Shown in pieces: positions 1 to 9,375 of a stretch of 64,000 bases of DNA (the stretch's first letter is position 1; the number at the start of each line of letters is the position of its first letter). The DNA comes from Methanobacteriota archaeon (lineage in GTDB: Archaea > Thermoplasmatota > Thermoplasmata > Thermoplasmatales > ARK-15), in NCBI GenBank assembly GCA_009758405.1, contig WSBC01000004.1:114634-178633 (forward strand), read 5' to 3'. Under the pieces are notes generated by a model. The model was not told the DNA's origin, searched no databases, and saw nothing but the letters and a program-made list of their open reading frames with translations. The position numbers and the translations under genes are program-made.

Positions 1-2588
1 GTCTTATCGGAGAATTCCTTTGGGTTTGATTTCCTAATGTCATTTATAGTATAGAATCCTGATGAGAATATTTTTTCTGCATCTTCCATTGTAATACCTG
101 GAAGTTTTGACAATGACTTAATCTTATATTTTTTATAAACAGGCGAAATGCCTACATCAATTCCTCCCTCTAGAATATCATTGTAGCTCATTACAAGACT
201 TGCTGTAAATTTATCTGAAAATTTTATTTTTCTAATTTTATACTCTTCAACCAATCTATCAATATATGGATCTATTATATTCCTCAATAATTTTGAATCC
301 GAAAGGAATAGGTCAATATAATCATCGTATTCAACTTTTAAATTCTTTTTCATGGAGGCTATCCTTCTCAATAATTTCCTTAGAACTCCAAAATCCTCTA
401 TTTTTTTGTCAACTTCTTTATCAAAGAATATTTTGAAATTTGGAAGATCTATCATTTCATAATTCTTCGGAAGCTCATATATGAATTCTACCATCTGTGG
501 GGTAATTGTGATTAAATTTCCCTCAACACCAATCTCATAATTATTCTTCTCAATCTCCTCCTTCATTTTTTTCGCATCTATCTTGCTTAAAACATTTTCT
601 ATCATATTTGCAAATGGTTTGTAGATTTCTCCCAGATTCTCCCTTTTAAGTTTAACCTTGTATTCAAGTCCCATCCATTTTTCAGTAATCTCAATAGAAT
701 AGGCATTAAAATATCTTAATATATTCTGCTTAATATTTAAGAGTAAAGGAATATGTTTGAAATTTACCTCTATTATCAGTTTTTTCAAAGGTGTAGATAA
801 AGGTATGCCTTCTTTTATTTTTAAATTTAAAATCCTTTTTCTTGCCTCTATTAAATCTGGAATAAATCTTTCTAACATTTCGTTAACAGAAAACCTACCC
901 ACCCTGAAATCATTAAGGTTTATTTGGTGTTTTTGAGAGAATGAAGAAATGGTAGAGGGGAAAAATGGATATGATAATACAACAATTTCATTGAATATAC
1001 CTGAATTAATCTTTTCTTTTCTGTTTATTTTCATATAATCCCTGGATATACTCATTATTAAATTTTCATAATCTCTAAGTAATTTTCCAAAATCATAGTT
1101 TTCAATGAATTTTTCCATGTTTACTTTGAACCTTTCTACTTTTGAGTAAATCCACATGTCCAATATGTTTTCATTATCCCTTGTGCCATATATTTCCATA
1201 TAATTTAAAATATTTATAAGAATATTTTTAAGCTTTGAAAATCTTCTAATATCATTTTCATGAATTTTTCCATGCATTTTAGAAATAAATGAAATTCTTA
1301 GTACCTCTGGATCCTTGTCTTTGAATTTATCAAAATCCTTAAGATCTGTATATGATATAAAAACATCTGAAAAAAAATTCGACTTAAGTTCTGACATAAG
1401 TGCCAGCATCAAAAATCTATGCTTAAATTCCCTGTGGTTCAATACCCCCCTATTTTTAACAGATTTTATCATTTCATAAACGCCCAATGGTAATATATAT
1501 GGGTCATAGGAGTAATTTCTTTTCATCATTCCCCCGCAAGTACAGGGTTTTTCATTGAATCCGTACTCAATTTTCCCACATTTATCACATTCAAGAAGCG
1601 GTATTTTAGGGAAATTTCTAAAATCCTTGGATATTAAAATATCCTTCTTTGATATATTTATAAAATTCTTTGGAAATATATTAAAATTTAAGGATCCAAT
1701 TCTAACATATACGCCTTTAAGCCTTCTCTTAGTTACCCTTCTACCACAATAGTTGCAGTGTGGGATATTACCTTCAAAGGTTTCATGGTCTATTATTTCC
1801 ACCTCTACCCTTTCATTCTCACCAATTAACCTTTCATCCTCATCACTGAATTCTGATGAAAGAAATTTTGTTGGCAATTCCTTCTGTGAAATGGCTTTAA
1901 CATTCTTAAACCATTCAATTATCTCACTACCCTTCTTTTCTTCGGGTTTTGAAGGAAATATTATTGTTTTTTCTTTTAATTTTTCAAATATATAATTTTC
2001 CATTATCCATTTTTCATTTCCAAGATTTTGAACAATAAATATTGAGTCAGGATTTATATTAACACCACTAATCTGAAGAACAATATCTTCAAGGCCTGAA
2101 TGTATAAAGTATGTATCATCGGAGATCCTTATTTTTGCATAAAGAACCCTATATTCCCCCTTCTCCATATGTACATCCCTGTTTGAAAGTTGCGTTTTAC
2201 AGTATTCGCAATAGTAAGTCGATTTTTTTATCACCATTATGGAATTGGTTTTGAACAATTTTTCAATAATAGTATCAAGCGACCATATTGCATTCTGATC
2301 CGCAGAGGATATCAAAAACGGATTTGTGAACATGCTAAGGTATTCAATGAGTTCAGTAAAATTCATAACTGGTCTTTTAATTGTTACGGGAACAACAACA
2401 TCTGTAGGAATTATTAATTTGTCAGGTGTTAATTTATTGGCAGGGGTTTTTTTTGTGGCAATGGTCGAGGATATAGTTTCTTGAAGTTTTAAAATGAAGT
2501 CAGAATATGATATTGAATATATATCCTCCTTTTTAATTGGCAAATTTATTGGTAGAGTTGACCTGATTCTTGTTTTTTCAATGCTCAT
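1..2588 (-). CDS. Degenerate isoleucyl-tRNA synthetase-like protein with C-terminal helix-hairpin-helix (3' end runs off the window)
   Basis: Manual translation from ATG at 2588 (MSIEKTRIRS...) is open to the window edge. IleRS-like segments appear in the correct order: YCEYCKTQLSNRDV, IPHCNYCGRRV, DILISK..IPLLECDKCG..PCTCGGMMKR, DPEVLR, LDMWIYSK, PFFP, GVLRKLLRRIASMKK. These are followed by an HhH (LSKLPGITMEDAEKIFSSGFYTI). No HIGH or KMSKS. Confidence 0.75.
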   Translation of the reverse strand, partial: MSIEKTRIRSTLPINLPIKKEDIYSISYSDFILKLQETISSTIATKKTPANKLTPDKLIIPTDVVVPVTIKRPVMNFTELIEYLSMFTNPFLISSADQNAIWSLDTIIEKLFKTNSIMVIKKSTYYCEYCKTQLSNRDVHMEKGEYRVLYAKIRISDDTYFIHSGLEDIVLQISGVNINPDSIFIVQNLGNEKWIMENYIFEKLKEKTIIFPSKPEEKKGSEIIEWFKNVKAISQKELPTKFLSSEFSDEDERLIGENERVEVEIIDHETFEGNIPHCNYCGRRVTKRRLKGVYVRIGSLNFNIFPKNFINISKKDILISKDFRNFPKIPLLECDKCGKIEYGFNEKPCTCGGMMKRNYSYDPYILPLGVYEMIKSVKNRGVLNHREFKHRFLMLALMSELKSNFFSDVFISYTDLKDFDKFKDKDPEVLRISFISKMHGKIHENDIRRFSKLKNILINILNYMEIYGTRDNENILDMWIYSKVERFKVNMEKFIENYDFGKLLRDYENLIMSISRDYMKINRKEKINSGIFNEIVVLSYPFFPSTISSFSQKHQINLNDFRVGRFSVNEMLERFIPDLIEARKRILNLKIKEGIPLSTPLKKLIIEVNFKHIPLLLNIKQNILRYFNAYSIEITEKWMGLEYKVKLKRENLGEIYKPFANMIENVLSKIDAKKMKEEIEKNNYEIGVEGNLITITPQMVEFIYELPKNYEMIDLPNFKIFFDKEVDKKIEDFGVLRKLLRRIASMKKNLKVEYDDYIDLFLSDSKLLRNIIDPYIDRLVEEYKIRKIKFSDKFTASLVMSYNDILEGGIDVGISPVYKKYKIKSLSKLPGITMEDAEKIFSSGFYTINDIRKSNPKEFSDK

Positions 2589-2622
2589 TTACATAAATAG
2601 TATATTAACAATATATTAAAAA

Positions 2623-4047
2623 TTATTGTACATATTTCCTGAATACCTGAGGGATCATATCTATAACTTCTGATGTAAAATATGAGTTTGATTTTTCTTC
2701 AAATGCCATCTTACCTGCACTCCCAACTATAAAACTTGCAAGGGTGGCAGAGTGGAATGTATCAATACCCCTTGAAAGTAGTCCTCCAACAGCTCCAGTC
2801 AGTATATCTCCAGTACCACCCCTAGTCATACTTGGATGATGAAAAGATTTATTTTTCTTTACAATTTCACCGTCTGAAATTATATCTACACTACCCTTCA
2901 AAAGTATAACAAGGTTGTATTTTTTTGCCATTTTGACAACATTATTTTCATCGGGATCTATTGAAAAAATCCTTTTAAATTCTCCCCTATGTGGTGTAAT
3001 TACTGCAAAACCTTTTAAATCATCGAAGAGTGTAACTGAATCCAGGGCATCAGCATCAATAACTATGGGCTTTTTTACAAGAAGTGATTCTTCAATAATT
3101 TTAGTAGAGCTCTCCTGTGAAACTTCATTTTTTCCAATTCCACAGCCCAGTGCAACTGCTGTTGCCTTATCTTCAATTATCCTTTTTAGTTCATTGTTAA
3201 ATTCAATATATCTTTCCCCACTTTTCTTCAATATTATATCATGAGTTGATGAAGATATGTAATTATGAATATACTCAGGAGAAAAAAGGAAAAGGAGATC
3301 TATTCCCATCCTCAATGCACCTTTTGACATATAAATCGGTGCCCCATAATAATCAACACTCCCTGCTATACCCACAAGAATGCCGTTTTCACCCTTATGA
3401 CTTTCATCGGGGTTAAATTTATAAGAAACAAATTCGCCAGGTCCTACCATCTCTAATAACTCACGTGGAAATCCAACATCTGCTACTATGATTTTCCCTG
3501 AATTTTTTTCATTCATCTCCCTTTTACTGAATTGCATAGTCACTGTAATGTCTGGCTTTATGGAGACATTTGTTCCTATGCCCGTAGGAACATCTACAGA
3601 AACTATTGTTTTCCTGGAAACATTTATTTTTTCAATAAGAGATCTATATGGCTCCTCTGGATCCTTTTCAATCCCTATTCCCAGCATAGCATCAACAATC
3701 ACATCATATTTTGAGGGATCAAAAAAATTTACAATGTTTACACCCTCCTCCTTTGCCTCATTGTATTTCTTAATGCAAAGCTGGCTCTTTGGCATCTTGG
3801 CCATATATACATCTACATTAACTCCATTTTTCTTCAAATTGATTGCTGTAACATATCCATCACCACCATTGTTTCCGCTACCGCAAACAACAAGAACATT
3901 CTTAGGTTTAAGTGATAAAACAACATCAGCCACTGCCTTTCCTGCATTTTCCATCAATTTTTCCATGTTTAGTCCTAAGTACTCTGCATTCTTATCCAAT
4001 ATCCTTGCATCTATCAAGCCATACATATTTATAAGAAATAATTTCAC
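2623..4047 (-). CDS. nnr: Bifunctional NAD(P)H-hydrate epimerase/dehydratase
   Basis: YjeF_N motifs LMENAG and GSGNNGGDG; carbohydrate kinase motifs DADAL, TPHRGEF and GGTGDILTG. Alternative start ATG 4026. Confidence 0.93.
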   Translation of the reverse strand: MKLFLINMYGLIDARILDKNAEYLGLNMEKLMENAGKAVADVVLSLKPKNVLVVCGSGNNGGDGYVTAINLKKNGVNVDVYMAKMPKSQLCIKKYNEAKEEGVNIVNFFDPSKYDVIVDAMLGIGIEKDPEEPYRSLIEKINVSRKTIVSVDVPTGIGTNVSIKPDITVTMQFSKREMNEKNSGKIIVADVGFPRELLEMVGPGEFVSYKFNPDESHKGENGILVGIAGSVDYYGAPIYMSKGALRMGIDLLFLFSPEYIHNYISSSTHDIILKKSGERYIEFNNELKRIIEDKATAVALGCGIGKNEVSQESSTKIIEESLLVKKPIVIDADALDSVTLFDDLKGFAVITPHRGEFKRIFSIDPDENNVVKMAKKYNLVILLKGSVDIISDGEIVKKNKSFHHPSMTRGGTGDILTGAVGGLLSRGIDTFHSATLASFIVGSAGKMAFEEKSNSYFTSEVIDMIPQVFRKYVQ

Positions 4048-4667
4048 ATATTTAAAATACCTGAAACAATAAATATTATTCCAAAGACTGTTAATACTGT
4101 GAATGCTATTAAATCTAGAGCCCAGCGAGGTAATTTCATTAGATATCTATAGGATACTGCTGCAAATGCAACCAAAACCAATATGCCTGTTATAGCTCCA
4201 AATATAGCATATTGTGGAGAAAATGCACCTGAAGCGGCTATTATTAAAGTGGCCTCTGTTCCCTCAACAAGTGTAGCAAAAAACATTGGAATAATATTAA
4301 CCCTATTAAAACCAACATTAAGGCTCTTTGCCACTATCTCTTCCTCTTCCTTTTTCATTTTAAGTTCGAAGTTCCCTCCTTTAAAATAGTACCTGTAAAA
4401 TCCACGACCAAATCTATATGCAAAATATAATAAAATTATGCCCGCAACAATTGAAACATAATCTGATGGAAAAAGTGAAAAAATATTTTCAAGTATCAAA
4501 TATAATAGGATTACAACGATTATTCCTGAGACTAAACCAGCCAAAACATTTTTCTTTCCTAACTTTTTGATTGTTGTGAGTGCTATAATTGTTACTTCAC
4601 TGCCTTCAATTAAAATGGCCTTAAATGATGCGAGGAATGATAAAACCAGAAATGTTATGGAAACCAT
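4044..4667 (-). CDS. Membrane protein, COG4280/TMEM165-GDT1-like putative cation transporter
   Basis: About 6 TM helices with two repeated EGxE motifs (IEGSE, VEGTE). Confidence 0.65.
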   Translation of the reverse strand: MVSITFLVLSFLASFKAILIEGSEVTIIALTTIKKLGKKNVLAGLVSGIIVVILLYLILENIFSLFPSDYVSIVAGIILLYFAYRFGRGFYRYYFKGGNFELKMKKEEEEIVAKSLNVGFNRVNIIPMFFATLVEGTEATLIIAASGAFSPQYAIFGAITGILVLVAFAAVSYRYLMKLPRWALDLIAFTVLTVFGIIFIVSGILNM

Positions 4668-4681
4668 ATAACGGGTAATAA

Positions 4682-5341
4682 TTACAGTATAATAATCTTT
4701 GTTCTACTTTTTTTAATAAGTTCATTCAATAGATATTTTGAAAAAAGGAGTTTTTTAAATTTTTTATAAAAGTCCTTACCCTTCCTTGTATTAGGTTCAT
4801 AAAAATTGAAACCCATTAATATGATACTTGATGCATTAAAATGATCTGCAAAAAATACTGCCCTATCACCATCAGTAAAGCCACCAAAGTTATATACGTT
4901 CCATAATGGAAATGCCTGTGTAGTACCGAACCTTTTTTCAATTTTATCCACAATTTTCAATCTCTCCATATTATCCCCATGTGCGTGTACTCCAATTATT
5001 GATCCTTTCTTTGATGCCTCTATGATTATCTCTGGTTTTGAATCTAGGTCTGTAAATACAATATCTGGAACAAATCCTATTTCAAAGATCCTTGATGTGG
5101 CATCATCTGCTGTAATAATCAACTTACCCTTTAGCATTGCAGGATCTATGGAAAAATACGGTGAATCCCCTATTATAATCACATTTTTACCTTTTATTAA
5201 TTTTTCAAGTTCCTTCAACTTTATAAAATTATCCCCCAATAGTGCTGACAATATTTCTGCACTTTCCATATCCCTTCTTTCACTAAAATTAAATTCCTTA
5301 AGGATCATTTTATAATATGATTTCCATTCACTGTAATTCAT
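4682..5341 (-). CDS. mptE: 6-hydroxymethyl-7,8-dihydropterin pyrophosphokinase (archaeal MptE)
   Basis: TDLD, HAHGDN and NFGGFTDGDRA motifs. Confidence 0.88.
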   Translation of the reverse strand: MNYSEWKSYYKMILKEFNFSERRDMESAEILSALLGDNFIKLKELEKLIKGKNVIIIGDSPYFSIDPAMLKGKLIITADDATSRIFEIGFVPDIVFTDLDSKPEIIIEASKKGSIIGVHAHGDNMERLKIVDKIEKRFGTTQAFPLWNVYNFGGFTDGDRAVFFADHFNASSIILMGFNFYEPNTRKGKDFYKKFKKLLFSKYLLNELIKKSRTKIIIL

Positions 5342-6440
5342 CCTTCTCCCCTTCGTAAAGGAGCCTTCTCATTACTGAAGAAAATATTGAGAGTGCAAGA
5401 CCCATTCCAATGATTATTAGGCTGGGGCCATTGAACGCAGGAGAAATGAAAGAGAGTAGCACTCTAATGTACATAATTGCACCATAAACGAGGATGCCAA
5501 GACCTATTACCAGGGATATTCCTATTAAATATCCCCTAATCCTTCCTTTTTTGTGAAACAGTGTTTCAAAGGCTATGCCTGCTTCCCTTACAACAACAGC
5601 AAAAACTATCCATAATACTAGATTCTGGAAAAAGAGCGCAATTGCTGGAAATATTTCCTTTTCAATTGATGATGCATCAAATGAAGATATTATACCAAAT
5701 ATTACTATAAATATGGCTAGCAGGTCTGAAGTAATTGATATCTTTGCCTCCATAAATGCATTTTTGAACCTTCTGTATGAATTTGTAATCCTTGTCCCTA
5801 CCCTGAAGCCCCTAAGAAGAAAATAAAAACCAAGGGTCAAAAGCACAAATGCAAAACCAAATGTGCCAGGATCTGGGTAATAGGAAGAGGGGAAAAAGTA
5901 TTTCCAAAGTATAAGTCCAAAAACTGAAATACTATATGCTAGCAATATCAAAGCAATTGGAACCATAATTTTTCTTGCCACCTTTTCATCCCTGAGCGCC
6001 CTAACAAGAATATAATATGAAGATTCCAAACCTTTGCTCTGTTTTACAATTATCCTTTTTACATGTATAACTGGAACAATTGAGGTAATAATGGGAAGTA
6101 TGAACTCATCCTCTTCCCCGTCACTAACAAGTATTGCATCCCTCGGATTCAATTTTTCTTTCACACTCAAAAGCTCCTCTCTTATTTTTTCATCACTTTT
6201 TAATCCCACCGAGATATCTCCTGTAAGTGTAACTACCTCAACTTCCTTTCCCTCATTCTTTAAAGAATCGTATATTGAAACTGCACCAAATATTGCATTG
6301 GCATCGGAGTCTTCAGGATCTGCAAGTATCAATTTATTCGCAACTCTTAAATTTTCATCTCTTCCAATAATTGGACCCTTTTCACCAGTTTTTCTTCCTA
6401 CGTCGTCATCCCTATCAACACTAATTATGAGTGTAACCAT
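5328..6440 (-). CDS. DUF373 family membrane protein
   Basis: N-terminal VDRDDDVG..DPEDSDANA..VSDGEEDE..IVKQS followed by TM helices. Confidence 0.85.
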   Translation of the reverse strand: MVTLIISVDRDDDVGRKTGEKGPIIGRDENLRVANKLILADPEDSDANAIFGAVSIYDSLKNEGKEVEVVTLTGDISVGLKSDEKIREELLSVKEKLNPRDAILVSDGEEDEFILPIITSIVPVIHVKRIIVKQSKGLESSYYILVRALRDEKVARKIMVPIALILLAYSISVFGLILWKYFFPSSYYPDPGTFGFAFVLLTLGFYFLLRGFRVGTRITNSYRRFKNAFMEAKISITSDLLAIFIVIFGIISSFDASSIEKEIFPAIALFFQNLVLWIVFAVVVREAGIAFETLFHKKGRIRGYLIGISLVIGLGILVYGAIMYIRVLLSFISPAFNGPSLIIIGMGLALSIFSSVMRRLLYEGEKDELQ

Positions 6441-6487
6441 TCAATTAATTGGATGCATTCTTTTTATTTTAAAATTTTGTATCTTAA

Positions 6488-6612
6488 GCCTGTAGAAATC
6501 CTTTAAAAAAGATTTATTATATTTTTTCTTTATTTATTTTATGAATACTGTACACAAAAAAATTTCATCATTACTTTTATTCTAAAATTGATTTTATTTA
6601 TCGAGCTGATAG
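6488..6612 (-). mobile_element. Partial MITE copy (right end, inverted)
   Basis: GCCTGTAGAAATCCTTTAAAAAAGATTTATTAT...AAATTTCAT...TTCTAAAATTGAT...ATCGAGCT is the reverse complement of the 3' ~125 bp of the 33645-33998 element. Confidence 0.7.
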
Positions 6613-6819
6613 AGAAAAATGATAAGTTCAATAAAGGACAATCCTTGCATTCGATATACGTAAGGATGATATAATGAGGACCTTTGATATGAAATATCCT
6701 TGACCTTTACACATAAATATAGAAGCTATAATGAAATAAAAAAATTAATTAAGATAACACCAAAAAATATAAGTATTATTATCCCATGGAAGTATTTACA
6801 AAACAAAGGAGGTCTTATT

Positions 6820-7104
6820 ATGCCAGAAAACTTAGAAAGGAGCGACGAAAACGTTGTGTATGTGGGAAAAAAGCCAACAATGAACTATGTGCTTGCGGTG
6901 GTGACACAGTTTAATAATGGAGCCAAAAATGTGGTTATAAAGGCAAGGGGTAAATCAATTAACAAGGCAGTGGATATTGCAGAGATTGTCAGAAATAGGT
7001 TTTTGAATGATCTGAAATACGAAGTAACCCTTGGAACAGAAAAGATAAAGAGTGAGGACAGGGAAAGCAACGTTTCATCCATTGAAATATTATTAAAAAG
7101 GTAA
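6820..7104 (+). CDS. albA: DNA/RNA-binding protein Alba
   Basis: [39 protein letters not shown] before ATG 6820. Confidence 0.96.
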   Translation: MPENLERSDENVVYVGKKPTMNYVLAVVTQFNNGAKNVVIKARGKSINKAVDIAEIVRNRFLNDLKYEVTLGTEKIKSEDRESNVSSIEILLKR

Positions 7105-7146
7105 GGGGATTAATTCCCCAAAAAATATTTTTTAGGGGTGTAAAAA

Positions 7147-7311
7147 ATGAAAAAGAAACTTTTTGATGTTGAAATAGTAAGGGAGGGGGATACTTACATT
7201 GCAAGAATCACACTGCCAAATGGTGATGTTTCAACAATAGAAAGCGATAATATAGAAGAGCTTTTGAACCATCTTAATACTGAACTAGAAGATCATTTTT
7301 CTAGAAGATGA
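7147..7311 (+). CDS. Small 54-aa protein, HicB N-terminal-like pattern
   Basis: MKKKLFDVEIVREGDTYIARITLPNGDVSTIESDNIEELLNHLNTELEDHFSRR; SD GGGGTG at 7135-7140; ATGA overlap with glyA. Confidence 0.7.
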   Translation: MKKKLFDVEIVREGDTYIARITLPNGDVSTIESDNIEELLNHLNTELEDHFSRR

Positions 7312-8453
7312 AATTTGATCCCTTATTACTGACAAAAAGACACAATCAATATAGGAATAGTTCAATTAATCTTCTTCCAAGCGAAAATATTGTTAGTGAA
7401 AAGGTTAAATATATTCTTGGTAGTGATCTTGCTTCAAGGTATTCACTTACCCTGAATGGTGGAAATGCTTACGGGGGCACAAGATATATAGATGAAATAA
7501 TAAGCAATGGAGAGAATATTATTTCCTCACTCTTTAATGTAAAATTTGCTGAAATAAGGCCACTTTCAGGTCATATTTCTGCAATGATTGCTCTACTTTC
7601 AATTGCAAATAAAAATGGAAAAATTATGGCCATTTATCCAGAAAATGGTGGCTACGATGGTTATTCCCAAGGTTATTTGCCTGACATACTTTCATTGAAC
7701 TCTAGAGCAATACCCTTTGATAACAAAAGGTGGAATATAGATTATGAAGGCCTTGAGGATGCCGTTAGAGCTTATAGGCCAGATGTAATTGTATTAGGTG
7801 CAAGTTATTTCTTATTCCCCTACGATTTAAAATATATTAAGGATCTATCAGAATCTTACAATTTCAAGATTATTTATGATTCCTCCCATGTTATGGGACT
7901 TATTGCAGGTGGTGAATTTCAAAAGGATATATTCAAATTTACAGATATTGTATATGGTTCGACACATAAATCCTTTTTTGGGCCCCAGGGAGGTATATTG
8001 CTTACAAATGATGAATACCTTTATGAAAAAATTAAAAACAATGTTGTTTGGAGGACAATGGACAATTATCATTTAAACAGGCTTGCAGCACTTGTCCAGG
8101 CCTCTTTAGAAATGAAAAAATATGGTAAAGATTATGCAATTAACGTAATAAAAAATTCGAAAAGACTAGCCAAAAACCTTGATGAATATGGTTTTGGGGT
8201 AAAATCCTTTGATGGGGAATATACACAGTCCCATCAGATACTTATAAAAAATAAGGAATTATGTCATATTCTCGAAAAATCAAGGATAATTATTGATTGT
8301 GTAGGTAGAATGGGCACAAATGAAGTAACTAGACTAGGTTTTAATTTAAAGGATATTGATAAACTTTCTGAACTCATAATGCTCTCTCTTGAAAAAAATG
8401 TATCTAAGGAAGTGATTACATTCAGAAAAATGTTCAAGGTGAAGTACTGTTAA
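7308..8453 (+). CDS. glyA: Serine hydroxymethyltransferase (PLP-dependent)
   Basis: INLLPSEN, YGGTRY, YDSSHVMGLIAGG and GSTHKSFFGPQGG (PLP lysine). Confidence 0.88.
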   Translation: MKFDPLLLTKRHNQYRNSSINLLPSENIVSEKVKYILGSDLASRYSLTLNGGNAYGGTRYIDEIISNGENIISSLFNVKFAEIRPLSGHISAMIALLSIANKNGKIMAIYPENGGYDGYSQGYLPDILSLNSRAIPFDNKRWNIDYEGLEDAVRAYRPDVIVLGASYFLFPYDLKYIKDLSESYNFKIIYDSSHVMGLIAGGEFQKDIFKFTDIVYGSTHKSFFGPQGGILLTNDEYLYEKIKNNVVWRTMDNYHLNRLAALVQASLEMKKYGKDYAINVIKNSKRLAKNLDEYGFGVKSFDGEYTQSHQILIKNKELCHILEKSRIIIDCVGRMGTNEVTRLGFNLKDIDKLSELIMLSLEKNVSKEVITFRKMFKVKYC

Positions 8454-9375
8454 ATATTTTATCAATTATGAATTTTGGATCAAATTTAATAATATCTTCA
8501 TATCCCTGGCCTATTCCAAGGAAAATTATGGGTTTTTTAATTTCAAATGATAGACTAATGGCCGCCCCTCCTTTTGCATCAGCATCCACCTTACATAATA
8601 TTATTGAATCAAAACCTACATTTTCATCGAATGTTTTTGCCTGATTTATAATGTCATTCCCAGCCAATGCATCTCCAACAAAGATTGTATGGTTGGGTTT
8701 AGCTACCCTCTTTATTTTTTTCATTTCCTCAATTAGGTTTTTATTTGTCTGCATTCTTCCTGCAGTATCTATAAGAACTACATGTTTTCCCTTTGATTTT
8801 GCGTGTGAAATCGCATCAAATGCAACACTTGCAGGATCACTTCCTGGCTGGTGCTTGATTAGGGTTACATTAAGTTTATTTGCATGATACTCAAGCTGTT
8901 CGATTGCACCAGCCCTAAAGGTATCTGCAGCTGCTATTACTGGTACTAAACCCATTTTTTGTATCTGTCTTGCAATCTTTGCAATCGTTGTTGTTTTTCC
9001 AGTTCCATTAATACCCAGAAACATTATTACATAGGGTTTTTCAGATTTTTCAATCTCCTCTAGGAGATCAAAATTCGAATTTGAAAGTATATTTATAAGT
9101 GTTTCTTTAATTATTTGTTCCACAACCTTTTCCGGATCTGTGCCTATTTTTATCTTTAATCCAAGCACCCTTTCCCTTATCCTTGATCTTATTTCTTCAG
9201 CAACATCGTATGCAACATCTGCCTCTAAAAGTGAGATTTCAAATTCATCCAGAATTTCATCAAGTCTTTTTTCATTTATTTTCTTACCTATTATTCCAGC
9301 GGATTCCTCAACGCTTACCTCCTCGCTTAGCTTTTTCTTAAAAATGTTGAGCTTTTCTTTAAGGATTTTGAACAT
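8434..9375 (-). CDS. ftsY: Signal recognition particle-docking protein FtsY
   Basis: GINGTGKTTT, DTFRAGA, DTAGR and DADAKGG; likely start MFKILKEK. Confidence 0.96.
   Translation of the reverse strand: MFKILKEKLNIFKKKLSEEVSVEESAGIIGKKINEKRLDEILDEFEISLLEADVAYDVAEEIRSRIRERVLGLKIKIGTDPEKVVEQIIKETLINILSNSNFDLLEEIEKSEKPYVIMFLGINGTGKTTTIAKIARQIQKMGLVPVIAAADTFRAGAIEQLEYHANKLNVTLIKHQPGSDPASVAFDAISHAKSKGKHVVLIDTAGRMQTNKNLIEEMKKIKRVAKPNHTIFVGDALAGNDIINQAKTFDENVGFDSIILCKVDADAKGGAAISLSFEIKKPIIFLGIGQGYEDIIKFDPKFIIDKIFNSTSP

Noticed and set aside
1555..2417. Three short + strand ORFs in the track
   Set aside because: They are antisense shadows of the long minus-strand IleRS-like frame; the same applies to the many short antisense ORFs over housekeeping genes.
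6662..6707. Possible second C/D-like sRNA (AAGG ATGATA...TTGA...ATGAAA...TTGA CCTT)
   Set aside because: All boxes are non-consensus and the second guide is too short; it cannot be supported.
6700..6819. N-terminal extension of Alba in the ORF track
   Set aside because: GGAGG SD and homology start at ATG 6820; the extension covers promoter-like AT-rich DNA.
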